64,000 nt of DNA from an uncultured Rhodopirellula sp. (GCA_964007735.1 CAXGAI010000023.1:1-64000), one strand, 5' to 3'; numbered from the stretch's first letter, positions 19,714 to 29,703 are shown. Made by a program: numbers and translations. The notes: a model not told the origin generated them from the sequence alone.

Positions 19714-20985
19714 ATGCAACTTCAATCCGGAAAAGCCGTAATCAATAACTGCCGTTTATTCGACGGAACAGGCAGCACGGTTAAAACTTCACAAGCATTA
19801 CATTATGAGGATGGCGTCATTACCTATGTTGGAGACGCTGCCCATCAACCAGAGTACGACCCTGACAGTACTCAAATCATTGAGAGCCCGGACTTCACCG
19901 TCATTCCTGGCCTCGTCGAGGCTCATTTTCACCCCACGTATTTTAATGTCGCCGAACTGGCCGATCTCGATATCAAATACCCCGTAGAATATGTTACGCT
20001 GCTTGCCGCAGCAAACGCCAAGCTTGCCCTCGAATGCGGATATACCTCTGCGCGGAGCGGTGGCAGCCTCTTTAACATTGACGTTTGGCTCAAAAAGGCG
20101 ATTAACGAGGACGTTATTATTGGCCCGCGTCTTGCGTCCAATGGACGTGAAATCTGTGGTGTTGGCGGATTAATGGACTGGAATCCGGACTATAGAAAAA
20201 TCGGTATGGAAGGTCTCGTATTACTCATTAACGGTCCCGAAGAGGCGCGTTCCGCTGTGCGCAAGCTCGTGAAAGATGGCGTGGAGTGGGTGAAAACCTA
20301 CCCGACCGGTGATGCGGCGGCACCTGATGTCAATGACCATCACACCTTATGTATGACATTTGAGGAAATGCATGCAGTTGTGGAGACGGCTCATAACCAC
20401 AAGTTGAAGGTCACTGGGCACTGTCGTGCCACAGAGGGAATTAAGAACGCATTGCTCGCCGGATACGATTGTCTCGAGCACGGGACCTTTATGGATAATG
20501 AAACAATGGACTTGTTACTCGAGAGAGATGTCCCCGTGGTTCCTGCCCTCTATTTCGAACTCGCAAGTATAGAGAATGGCCCCGCCTTCAATCTGCCTCA
20601 GGCCGTTATTGATGGACACCAGGAGACCCTTGACGGAGGGACCGAAAGCGCTCGCCGTATTCTCAAAGAAGGTGGACGGCTTGGCATGGGCGGGGACTAT
20701 GGTTTCGCGTGGAATCCTCACGGAGATTATGCCAAAGAGCTTTCTTTCTTCGTGAACTACGTTGGTTTTACGCCGGAAGAAACGCTCATGTGCGCCACCA
20801 AGACGGGCTCCGAAATTGCGGGTTCGGACGACCAGGTCGGCACACTAGAAACCGGAAAACTCGCCGACATTCTTGTCATCAACGGAAATCCTTTCGACGA
20901 CATCCGTATCATGGAAGACCGCAGTAATTTCTATGCTGTCATTCAGAATGGTATCATAAAATCGGGTTCTGCCCTTCGTTCCTAG
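19714..20985 (+). CDS. Metal-dependent amidohydrolase (prolidase-like subgroup)
   Basis: PGLVEAHFH, WVK, GHC, LEHG, GGD, GKLAD. ATG 19714 chosen from the RBS. Confidence 0.9.
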   Translation: MQLQSGKAVINNCRLFDGTGSTVKTSQALHYEDGVITYVGDAAHQPEYDPDSTQIIESPDFTVIPGLVEAHFHPTYFNVAELADLDIKYPVEYVTLLAAANAKLALECGYTSARSGGSLFNIDVWLKKAINEDVIIGPRLASNGREICGVGGLMDWNPDYRKIGMEGLVLLINGPEEARSAVRKLVKDGVEWVKTYPTGDAAAPDVNDHHTLCMTFEEMHAVVETAHNHKLKVTGHCRATEGIKNALLAGYDCLEHGTFMDNETMDLLLERDVPVVPALYFELASIENGPAFNLPQAVIDGHQETLDGGTESARRILKEGGRLGMGGDYGFAWNPHGDYAKELSFFVNYVGFTPEETLMCATKTGSEIAGSDDQVGTLETGKLADILVINGNPFDDIRIMEDRSNFYAVIQNGIIKSGSALRS

Positions 20986-21000
20986 CCTCACGGAAAAACA

Positions 21001-22209
21001 ATGATTCATCGAACTATCACATGTTGTATTCTCACCCTGATTGCAACGGTCACTAACGCAACCGATCCCCCCCTAACATGGAAGGTCGTACCTCTGGCAA
21101 TTGATGCTAATGAAGGAATCGACGTGGCTGATTTCAATGGTGATGGCAGGTTAGATGTCGCCGCTGGTCGTTTCTGGTACCAAAACCCGGGCTTTCGTCC
21201 GCGTCCACTGCGGCACTTTGAAGATGTTAATGGTTATGTGGAAAGTAATGGTGATTTCGCATACGACGTGGACGACGATGGCGTCATGGATATCATTGCC
21301 GGCGGATTTTTCGCAACCGAGGTCAATTGGTACAAGAATCCTGGAGCCGAGGGACTCCGGCTGGGACATCAATGGGAACAAAGACTGCTGCTGGACACCG
21401 AAGAATCGCAAAATGAGGGTCAGTTGTTAGAAGACCTAAATGGGGATGGTAAACCCGAATGGATCGTCAACACTTGGGCCAAGGACGCACCGATCTATGT
21501 TTACGAACTTACGACGATAAAAAAGCGGGTGGCAGTCAAAAACGGAGAAAAGACCGAGGAGGTCGAACAATCTGTACCGGCCTTGCGAAAAAACCTCGTG
21601 GGGATGCGGGGTAACGGCCATGGTCTGGGGACAGGCGACATAAATGGAGATGGTTATTCCGATCTGCTGCTTGGCCACGGATGGTATGAAAATCCCGGTA
21701 AAGACTGCTTAACGACCACCTGGAAATATCATAACGACTGGCAAATACATGGGTCGGTCCCAATTCTAGTCTATGATGTCAACAACGATGGAAAAAATGA
21801 TGTTTTAGTGGGGGAAGCGCACGCTCATGGGTTGTACTGGTGGGAGAATCTAGGTGAACAAAACAGTACCATCCAATTTGAGAAGCATTTGATCGACGAA
21901 AAAACGTCACAGTTACATGCGCTGCACCTTGCGGACCTAACCGGCGACGGTCAACCGGAACTGATCACGGGGAAACGTTACTTTGCGCATAATGGCAGTG
22001 ACAATGGGGCCAAAGAACCTATCGAAATTGTTTACTATCAAATAGATAGGACGAATGGAACCTTTCGCAGACACTTGGTTCATCAGGGTCGCGCTGGGAT
22101 CGGGCTCCAAATACGATCAGCTGATATAGACGGCAACGGGCATATTGACATTGCGGTTGCCGGTAAATCCGGCACTCACATCCTGTTTAACCAGGGCCCA
22201 TCCCAATAA
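21001..22209 (+). CDS. Secreted FG-GAP/VCBS repeat beta-propeller protein
   Basis: Signal peptide; seven DxxxDG-type repeats (DFNGDG, DVDDDG, DLNGDG, DINGDG, DVNNDG, DLTGDG, DIDGNG). Confidence 0.9.
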   Translation: MIHRTITCCILTLIATVTNATDPPLTWKVVPLAIDANEGIDVADFNGDGRLDVAAGRFWYQNPGFRPRPLRHFEDVNGYVESNGDFAYDVDDDGVMDIIAGGFFATEVNWYKNPGAEGLRLGHQWEQRLLLDTEESQNEGQLLEDLNGDGKPEWIVNTWAKDAPIYVYELTTIKKRVAVKNGEKTEEVEQSVPALRKNLVGMRGNGHGLGTGDINGDGYSDLLLGHGWYENPGKDCLTTTWKYHNDWQIHGSVPILVYDVNNDGKNDVLVGEAHAHGLYWWENLGEQNSTIQFEKHLIDEKTSQLHALHLADLTGDGQPELITGKRYFAHNGSDNGAKEPIEIVYYQIDRTNGTFRRHLVHQGRAGIGLQIRSADIDGNGHIDIAVAGKSGTHILFNQGPSQ

Positions 22210-22236
22210 ACGCTCTAACAAGGACTACACGAACAA

Positions 22237-23139
22237 ATGGCCCGAAATATTGTTTCCATAACCCTCCTTTTCATTTCCACTGCGTTATTACAGGCGGAAA
22301 CCATCAAGATTGTTGTTTGGGACGAACAGCAGCCTAGCCAAAAAGAGGCCTATGATAACTTTTTAGGAAATGAGATCGCTAGCTACCTTGGGAAGCAGGA
22401 TGGCTTGTCAGCTCGTTCTGTGAATCTAACTTCACCTGAACAGGGGATCGCAGACAATGTTCTCGACTCCTGCGATGTATTAATTTGGTGGGGGCATATA
22501 AGGCAATCCGAAATCACCCCGGAACAAGGTCGAACGATCGTCCAAAGGATAAAAAACGGGCAGCTTTCCTTGATCGCACTGCATTCGGCACACTGGGCAA
22601 CACCCTTTGTCGAAGCAATGAAAGACCGCACCCTATCAAATGCCTTGATTAAGTTCAACAAACTCCCATCTGAAGAACTAGATATAAAATATGTAGATCC
22701 CCCATTCAGGTATTTCGCACCGGATCGGGACGATGCGTTAACCCCCCGCTACTACCCACGAAAATTTCCAAATGGTCGGACTGAATTGGTCATTCACTGG
22801 CCAAACTGTTGTTTTCCTGCCTACCGCAACGATGGGAAGCCAAGCACGCTTTTTACGATACAAAGGGAACATCCCATCGCGAAAGGCATCCCTGCGAAGT
22901 TTCAGTTGCCGAGTACCGAGATGTATGACGAACCTTTTCATGTACCGGAGCCTGACGAGGTAATCTTTGAGGAACGCTGGCCAACAGGTGAATGGTTCCG
23001 CAGCGGCATGCTCTGGAACATCGGCGCCGGAAAGGTCTTCTATTTTAGACCAGGGCATGAGACTTTTCCTGTCTACAAACAAGACATGGCTTTGAAGATC
23101 GTCGAAAATGCGGTCCGTTTCCTAGCGATCAAAAAATAA
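22237..23139 (+). CDS. Secreted ThuA-like protein
   Basis: VLIWWGH, IALHSAH, EMYDEPF, FYFRPGHE; signal peptide. Confidence 0.88.
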   Translation: MARNIVSITLLFISTALLQAETIKIVVWDEQQPSQKEAYDNFLGNEIASYLGKQDGLSARSVNLTSPEQGIADNVLDSCDVLIWWGHIRQSEITPEQGRTIVQRIKNGQLSLIALHSAHWATPFVEAMKDRTLSNALIKFNKLPSEELDIKYVDPPFRYFAPDRDDALTPRYYPRKFPNGRTELVIHWPNCCFPAYRNDGKPSTLFTIQREHPIAKGIPAKFQLPSTEMYDEPFHVPEPDEVIFEERWPTGEWFRSGMLWNIGAGKVFYFRPGHETFPVYKQDMALKIVENAVRFLAIKK

Positions 23140-23215
23140 GGCATTAAACACTTCGCCTTAACGGATCAAACACCTGGATCTCTGCAAGAGATACTACCCG
23201 TACCTCTGCTAGCAG

Positions 23216-23728
23216 TTAGTTCCTCAAATGTCTGCAGCCCCAAGAGATCAGCCCGGCTAATGAATCCACACCAATCTTCTCCTTTAGTCGCTGTTTATAT
23301 GTATTCACAGTCGTCGATTTCACACCCATCTGGTTCGCTATTTCCGTGGTCTGACTTCCGCTGATTAATTGCCGCAGGCATTCCATTTCCCTTGGTGTTA
23401 AGCCCATGTCATCCTGACTATCCAAAATTGGGATCGATGTAGTCATCACAGTGACTTCATTTGTCTCAACAGGGACCGCGTGACATTCATAAAGAGTTGG
23501 CTTCCCACGAAAGTTAAATTTAGCGCGGATTGTAATCGGTTCTCGATCGAACAATACTTTCTGAAAGGCATCTCGGATTTGGGTCTTCTCGTCTTCCGAG
23601 CTTACCCACTCCCAAGGTTGACTATAAAGAACTTCCGCCGCTGAGTGATAAACAAGCGGCTGGGCAAATACGATTCGTCCGCGGGAATCATGGAGCGTTA
23701 TCAGAGGGTTTTTTTCAGAGTGTTCCAT
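23216..23728 (-). CDS. LuxR-family HTH regulator with PAS-like N-terminal domain
   Basis: LTPREMECLRQLISG...EIANQMGVKSTTVNTYKQRLKEKIG. Confidence 0.88.
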   Translation of the reverse strand: MEHSEKNPLITLHDSRGRIVFAQPLVYHSAAEVLYSQPWEWVSSEDEKTQIRDAFQKVLFDREPITIRAKFNFRGKPTLYECHAVPVETNEVTVMTTSIPILDSQDDMGLTPREMECLRQLISGSQTTEIANQMGVKSTTVNTYKQRLKEKIGVDSLAGLISWGCRHLRN

Positions 23729-23783
23729 TATCGCCTTTCATTGTTCGAAGCGGTTACCAAACTTGATTGAGCCGGTTTGCATG

Positions 23784-25133
23784 TTATTGCATCGTTGGGT
23801 GGGGCTTCACCGTCATTTCCGTCTTGTGCCCCAAATCACCCTGTTTCTGCATCCATTTTGTTAACTGACTATCAAGCCGACGGGAAACATTGCGGTATTC
23901 AGGAAGCCCCGCCAGATTGTTAAGCTCATACGGATCCTGAGATAAGTCATAAAGTTCTATTGCTGGACGGTTTATGTATCTATTCACCAGCCGCTGTGCA
24001 TTAATGTCAGTTGCTGCATCTCGTATCCAACTTGCCCAATAAGAACTTCCGTCACCTTTGATGAGAACATTACTGAATTCAGATTCATGATTGAGGTTCT
24101 TAATAAGCTTAAACCTTGTATCACGTACGGATCTAACAGGATAACTTTGAGACCCGAGAATGATCCCACGAGTCGTATGAACGCCAAACACATAGTTGTT
24201 GTGGTGATCTACCCTGCCTTCCAAGACTCCGGCGAAACTCTTTCCGTCGAGATCTTTTGGTACCTTAAGACCACACAGCTCTAAAAGAGTTGGAAGAACA
24301 TCAACATACTGAACCATAGCGTCCGAACTGCTGCCGGCTTTGATTCTTCCTGGCCATCGCACGACTAGCCCAACATGCAGTCCTGCCTCATAACAGGTCC
24401 ACTTGCCGAATGGAAACTGAGCGCCCTGTTCACTGGTGTAGATAAAGATCGTGTCGTCCGTCTTCCCAGCATCAGCTATTAGTTGATCAAGCTCACCTAA
24501 TTCCCTATCAAAATCGGTGATCTCTGCATAATATTTTTGCAACGCTAACCGCGTCTCTTTATTGTCGTGGATATAAGGCGGGACATCAAACGTTTTGGGG
24601 TCGTATACAGATGTATCTCCATCCTCCCACGGAAGGTGTGGACTATTGCTAGCATAAACAAGAAAAAAGGGGTCCTTCTGGCGTACAAACGCTTCCAACT
24701 TTCCACTGGGCACCATTTCAAATGGAAAGCTCTGAGGAGGACCGAAATGGCGTTTTCCGCATAGCCCGACGGAATAACCGGCTTCACGATAATAATGAAC
24801 GAGACTCTTCGTGCCGACTTTCACTTTACTGTGGTTTGGAAACGCGCCACTCTTAACAGGGAAAATCCCGGTATAGAGTTGTTGTCGTGTAGGCGCACAC
24901 ATCGCGGTTGCCGTAAAAGCGCGATCAAACCGGAGGCCAGCGGAGGCGAGGCGGTCAATATTAGGCGTTTTGACAATTTCGCTCCCGTAACAACCGGCAT
25001 CACTCCAGGTCTGATCGTCAGCAATAATAATGACTACATTAGGTGCCGCCAGAGCGTGACTCGCAAACACCCCATAAACTCCGAGTGTAACGACGGTTCT
25101 TATAATCGACTTTTTGATTTTTAACTTAAACAT
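23784..25133 (-). CDS. Sulfatase (Cys-type, formylglycine-dependent)
   Basis: PNVVIIIADD, CAPTR, GKRH; signal peptide. Confidence 0.93.
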   Translation of the reverse strand: MFKLKIKKSIIRTVVTLGVYGVFASHALAAPNVVIIIADDQTWSDAGCYGSEIVKTPNIDRLASAGLRFDRAFTATAMCAPTRQQLYTGIFPVKSGAFPNHSKVKVGTKSLVHYYREAGYSVGLCGKRHFGPPQSFPFEMVPSGKLEAFVRQKDPFFLVYASNSPHLPWEDGDTSVYDPKTFDVPPYIHDNKETRLALQKYYAEITDFDRELGELDQLIADAGKTDDTIFIYTSEQGAQFPFGKWTCYEAGLHVGLVVRWPGRIKAGSSSDAMVQYVDVLPTLLELCGLKVPKDLDGKSFAGVLEGRVDHHNNYVFGVHTTRGIILGSQSYPVRSVRDTRFKLIKNLNHESEFSNVLIKGDGSSYWASWIRDAATDINAQRLVNRYINRPAIELYDLSQDPYELNNLAGLPEYRNVSRRLDSQLTKWMQKQGDLGHKTEMTVKPHPTMQ

Positions 25134-25140
25134 TATTTCT

Positions 25141-26502
25141 TTAGTTTTTCGATGGGGCAAAATACGCCCACTTAGGTTTTTCGTCGTGCACGGCCTGTAA
25201 AGTAGCTCGTATATCCGTCTGTTTGGGTGTCAGTTCAGTCAAAATCCGTTTTTCTTCGACATCTTTTCGGATATCATAAAACCGACCATCTCCGTATAAC
25301 TTGTATCGCGATGTCCTAACAAAGGACCCTGCCAGCTTCTGCTTGATTTGCTGATCTTGTTTCTTAATAATCTCTTGGCGTTTTTTCTCATCTGCAGTTT
25401 GCTGGGGAAATCCGTTTCTTATGTAGTGGCAATAGACCCACTCTCGACCTGACGGGCCCTCACCACGAAAAACCGGGCCCAGCGAGTGTCCGTCGCTATC
25501 AACATCTGTTGCCGCAACACCACCGAGCTCGCACAGTGTTGGAAGGATATCAGTAAAGTCAACCAATTGTTTATTATTCACTCCATGTGAAATATGAGCC
25601 GGCCAATGGGCTATAAATGCTACATGCGTTCCATTATCAGGCAGGGAGGCCTTCCCGCCCTTTATCTGACGTCCATCCATTTCAGAAGATATGTTTACCG
25701 CACACCCGTTATCGCAGGTAAATATCAGTAGCGTATTATCCAACTGCTTGGACACTTTCAATGTATCGACGAGCCGTCCCACCAGTTTGTCTAGATAACT
25801 AACCATATCCGGAAAGTATTCTTCTCCACCTGCACGCCCATCATATTCCCCACTGCGTTTCCTAGAGCCCTCTTCTGGAGAATCCGGAGTCGGAACAAAC
25901 GGCCAATGGGGTAAAGACATCGGAAAATAAAGCAAAAATGGATCTTTGCGATCGCGTTCAATGAATTCACATGCAAAATCGGTCATCACATCCGGGCCGA
26001 ACTCTGATTCTAACCCTTCAAGCAGTTTTCCGTCCCTTGAGATCCGAGGATTCCAATAACGTGAATCTCTTCCATCAAGGTGCCACAAACAGTGCGTGGA
26101 AAACCCAAACTTCCTCACCGTATCGAGATCACCGCCGAGTTGCCACTTTCCGCAAATACCTGTCTCATAACCAACATTCTGCAAATGGTTAGCAAACGTC
26201 TTTTGTGAGCGGTCAAGCAGGCCAAATTTAATGTAGTTGCGATAGTTATATTTACCCGTCATCAATTGCACGCGAGAAGGGGTACAAATGGGTGTCGAAT
26301 AGGCATGATTAAAATACATCCCCTCCTTAGCGAGTGAGTCCAAATTGGGAGTCGAATACGTCTTGGAACCGTAGATACTTACTCCTTCATAGCCCATGTC
26401 ATCACACATAATCAGTATGATATTAGGACGCTCAGCATTACCCTTGCTAACGCCAAGGATTAGTAATACAACGACACTAGCGAATATACTAGATCTTCTC
26501 AT
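25141..26502 (-). CDS. Sulfatase (Cys-type)
   Basis: PNIILIMCDDMG, CTPSR, GKWQL; signal peptide. Confidence 0.93.
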   Translation of the reverse strand: MRRSSIFASVVVLLILGVSKGNAERPNIILIMCDDMGYEGVSIYGSKTYSTPNLDSLAKEGMYFNHAYSTPICTPSRVQLMTGKYNYRNYIKFGLLDRSQKTFANHLQNVGYETGICGKWQLGGDLDTVRKFGFSTHCLWHLDGRDSRYWNPRISRDGKLLEGLESEFGPDVMTDFACEFIERDRKDPFLLYFPMSLPHWPFVPTPDSPEEGSRKRSGEYDGRAGGEEYFPDMVSYLDKLVGRLVDTLKVSKQLDNTLLIFTCDNGCAVNISSEMDGRQIKGGKASLPDNGTHVAFIAHWPAHISHGVNNKQLVDFTDILPTLCELGGVAATDVDSDGHSLGPVFRGEGPSGREWVYCHYIRNGFPQQTADEKKRQEIIKKQDQQIKQKLAGSFVRTSRYKLYGDGRFYDIRKDVEEKRILTELTPKQTDIRATLQAVHDEKPKWAYFAPSKN

Positions 26503-26596
26503 GACGATCCTTCAAAACTTATTTATCCATCAAATCTGACGGTTGCAAATTCAAATGAGTAGTAAGTACATCATAACAACAAACCGATTAAGGCAT

Positions 26597-27670
26597 ATGC
26601 TTTTGGCATCCTTGTTCTACCTCTCTATTTGCACCTGTACGTCCTTACAAGCGGAACCGACTGACCAGTTTAAACGCCGCGATAAAGATCGCAATGGTGT
26701 CTTAGAGGGCCAGGAACTGAACGGAATACCGACCGACCTTTTAATGCGGCTTGACCAAAACAAAGATGGCAAGGTTTCCTCCAAGGAGGATGAGCGACTT
26801 TTTAATCAGGCTCGATTACGATATACGGTGAAAACCTTCAATTATGCGGGCAATCAAAATCCTCGTCAGGAAATCGATGTACTGCTTCCCCGCCAATCGA
26901 GCAACAGGCCTTTACCCTGTCTAATATTCATTCACGGTGGAGGCTGGCAAGCCGGAGATAAGAGGCAGGGGCATCAACAACTTCAAGGCTACGTAAACTC
27001 TCAGAAATATGTCGGTGTTTCGATTGGATATCGTTTATCGAATGAAACGATTTGGCCAGCCCAACTCCATGATTGCAAGGCGGCCATACGATTCCTGTAT
27101 GCTAACGCCCAAAAGTTCAACATTGACACGGCACGATTCGTCGTGTTTGGCACTTCGGCCGGGGGCCATTTAGCCGCAGCCGTCGCAACCACCGGAAATA
27201 ACCCCAAACTGAATGGGAATGTCGGACATCACCTTGCCGAACCATCAAAGGTTGCCGGGGCGATAAGCTACTTCGGTCCCACCGATTTCCAGCGTATGGA
27301 TGATTTTCCTTGCAGATTTAAGCACGATGCTCCGGGAAGCCCTGAATCCCGCTTGATCGGGTCTCCGATTCAATCAACAGCTGGGAAAACGCAGGCAGCC
27401 AACCCGATTACGTACATCGACGAAAGAGACCCTCCATTGATTTGCATTCATGGAGATCGTGATGACCTCGTGCCTTTCAATCAATCTGAACTGCTAACGC
27501 TAGCCCTTATGAAGAAAAACGTACCTACAGCCTTAATTCGTATTATGGACGGTGGACACGGGGGGTTTCTTAATCCTGAAGTTGAAAAGGTAGAAGCACA
27601 ATTTTTTAATGCGATTCTTTTCAATAGCGCAAAGTTTCCCGAATCAAAAACTCTATCAAATCGGCCCTAA
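26597..27670 (+). CDS. Secreted alpha/beta-hydrolase esterase with an N-terminal EF-hand pair
   Basis: DKDRNG and DQNKDG EF loops; HGGGW, GTSAGG, HGDRDDLVP, GGH. ATG 26597 chosen. Confidence 0.9.
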   Translation: MLLASLFYLSICTCTSLQAEPTDQFKRRDKDRNGVLEGQELNGIPTDLLMRLDQNKDGKVSSKEDERLFNQARLRYTVKTFNYAGNQNPRQEIDVLLPRQSSNRPLPCLIFIHGGGWQAGDKRQGHQQLQGYVNSQKYVGVSIGYRLSNETIWPAQLHDCKAAIRFLYANAQKFNIDTARFVVFGTSAGGHLAAAVATTGNNPKLNGNVGHHLAEPSKVAGAISYFGPTDFQRMDDFPCRFKHDAPGSPESRLIGSPIQSTAGKTQAANPITYIDERDPPLICIHGDRDDLVPFNQSELLTLALMKKNVPTALIRIMDGGHGGFLNPEVEKVEAQFFNAILFNSAKFPESKTLSNRP

Positions 27671-27698
27671 CCAAAGCGTTTAACGCGTATGGGACGAT

Positions 27699-27715
27699 TG
27701 TTGCATATTGCTACA
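27699..27715. promoter_or_regulatory. Imperfect palindrome TGTTGCA-TAT-TGCTACA, candidate sigma54 enhancer (bEBP site)
   Basis: TGT-N11-ACA dyad about 100 bp upstream of a -24/-12 element. Confidence 0.45.
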
Positions 27716-27809
27716 GTGTGCGAAAAAAGACCGTCATTTCTATACAGTTGATAAGAGTCCATAGTTACCGGAGACTGTAAAACGCCAACGAACTGAAGTT
27801 TTCTAACTT

Positions 27810-27825
27810 TGGCACGCAATATGCT
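27810..27825 (+). promoter_or_regulatory. Sigma54 (RpoN) -24/-12 promoter TGGCACGCAATATGCT
   Basis: TGGCACG-N4-ATGCT with exact GG-N10-GC spacing; intergenic. Confidence 0.75.
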
Positions 27826-27898
27826 CTACTAACCTTCGTAAAGTCGGGTTTTAGTCCGACTAAGAAATTCGGTTCAAATTACGAAAGGAGAGTGCGGC

Positions 27899-28096
27899 AT
27901 GGTACGACTAGATCCCACTCCAGCACAAATTAAGAAACGCTGTCAACAAATTCGTAACGAATGGACCTCTGACGAGTTTCGTCGCCGGTCCCAACCTAAA
28001 TCGCTGGCCGTTTGGATGCCAAAATTAAGGCGTTGGGCATTTTTAACCCACGACGAAATCGGTGTCTTACAAAATCATGGCGATTATATGAACTAA
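27899..28096 (+). CDS. Small basic protein of unknown function (65 aa)
   Basis: AAGGAG RBS 8 nt before ATG; upstream sigma54 element; DPTPxQIxxRCxxIRxxW motif. Confidence 0.7.
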   Translation: MVRLDPTPAQIKKRCQQIRNEWTSDEFRRRSQPKSLAVWMPKLRRWAFLTHDEIGVLQNHGDYMN

Positions 28097-28145
28097 AAGC
28101 CTGATTCTTGCTGGCTTCCAATTCTTAGCTTACAAACAAATCCAT

Positions 28146-28198
28146 ACGCCCTTAATCACCCTTGCTGTGGCATACCCGCTCAAGAGTCTTAAGGGCGT
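28146..28198 (+). terminator. Long hairpin after the small ORF (terminator-like or processing stem)
   Basis: 10-bp perfect inverted repeat ACGCCCTTAA/TTAAGGGCGT with inner CTTG/CAAG pairing; only a short T-tract. Confidence 0.4.
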
Positions 28199-28302
28199 TT
28201 AAGGTTTGATCCAAAACCGGAATAGCTATTTAGCGTTTTACGGAGATTTTGTTAGACTAACAAATAATTGTAAAACAACCTCGAGCGGAATAGCAATCAT
28301 AA

Positions 28303-29703
28303 ATGCTTTCTATCACGGACAACCTTCCTCTCGCAAAATGCGGTGGATTCTCTCGAAGGGAATTCATTCGAATTGGTGGTGCAGGCCTTGGTAGCCTTAC
28401 CCTTCCAAGCCTTATTAGTGCCCAAGAGCAAACCGGTTTTATCAAAGACCGGGCCGTGGTGCTACTTTTTCTGCAAGGTGGTCCATCGCACATCGAATTC
28501 TTTGATCCAAAAATGAGCGCTCCCCCCGAAATCCGGAGCATCACGGGAGAAATTCAAACGACATCGCCAGGCATCACCTTTGGATCAACGTTTCCCAAGC
28601 TCGCATCGATGACCGACAAATTTACTGTTGTACGATCATATCAAAGTCGCAATTCAGGCCATACCTATCAGGACGTTGTTAGTGCTCGCAATCCCTTCAA
28701 AGCAGCCATGAGTTCCATTTACTCTCGTATTGCTGGAACGAATCATCCCGGAACTGGGATACCGAGTAACATATTACTGAAACCTGAAGCTATAAAGCCC
28801 GAGCTAAGACTCGGCAATAATTTTGAAACCAATGCTCTCCCAGGGCTTACTTCCCCCGGGAGTCTCGGTCGAAACTATACAGCCTTTGACCCGGCTGGGG
28901 GCAGCGAGTTAAAGAACAATTTGGAGTTAAAGATTCCAGCATCTCGTTTCACCGACCGACGATTATTGTTAAATCGCCTCGACCAAATCAAACGTTTCGT
29001 TGATACCAGTGGCATGCTAGATGGCGCAACCAGGTTTCAACAACAGGCCTTTGACGTGATTGCACAGGGTGTCGCAGATGCTTTCGATCTAGAGCAGGAG
29101 TCGCCTCGCACGCTTGACATGTACAATACCACCGGTCACTTCGAAATGAAGGATCTAAACCGTTACGGGGATCTTCGTCGCACGTCAAACCTACTCGGAC
29201 ATCAAATGCTTTTGGCAAGACGATTAGTTGAGCGGGGCTGTGGTTTTGTTACCGTTTCCGACTGCGGTTGGGATCATCATGCTAATGGCAACAGCCCTAA
29301 AAACATGACTGCGTTTCCCGCAATGTCCCGTCAGGTTGATCATGCAGTAGCAGCATTCATTGAGGATATTTATGAACGCCGCCTGCAAGACAAGGTGTTA
29401 CTTATTGTCACTGGGGAAATGGGGAGGACACCCCGGCTTAATCGAAATGGAGGGCGCGACCACTGGGGTAATTTAACGACCCTTTTACTTTCCGGGGCGG
29501 GGATTCATTCCGGACAGGTTGTCGGTCAGAGTGATCGGCTCGCTGGCGAACCTTTAGGTATGGCATACAATCCTACCCATCTTTTGGGTACCGTGCTTCG
29601 CACTTTTTTTGACGTGGGTGAACTACGTCTACAATCACAGTTTCCGGCGGACTTAATTCGTCTGGTTGAAGAGTCGCCCCTAATAGGTCCGGTCGCTTCC
29701 TAA
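28303..29703 (+). CDS. DUF1501 domain protein
   Basis: Tat-like SRREFI, LFLQGGPSHIEFFDPK, LLARRLVERG, WDHH, GEMGRTP, GRDHW. Confidence 0.93.
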   Translation: MLSITDNLPLAKCGGFSRREFIRIGGAGLGSLTLPSLISAQEQTGFIKDRAVVLLFLQGGPSHIEFFDPKMSAPPEIRSITGEIQTTSPGITFGSTFPKLASMTDKFTVVRSYQSRNSGHTYQDVVSARNPFKAAMSSIYSRIAGTNHPGTGIPSNILLKPEAIKPELRLGNNFETNALPGLTSPGSLGRNYTAFDPAGGSELKNNLELKIPASRFTDRRLLLNRLDQIKRFVDTSGMLDGATRFQQQAFDVIAQGVADAFDLEQESPRTLDMYNTTGHFEMKDLNRYGDLRRTSNLLGHQMLLARRLVERGCGFVTVSDCGWDHHANGNSPKNMTAFPAMSRQVDHAVAAFIEDIYERRLQDKVLLIVTGEMGRTPRLNRNGGRDHWGNLTTLLLSGAGIHSGQVVGQSDRLAGEPLGMAYNPTHLLGTVLRTFFDVGELRLQSQFPADLIRLVEESPLIGPVAS

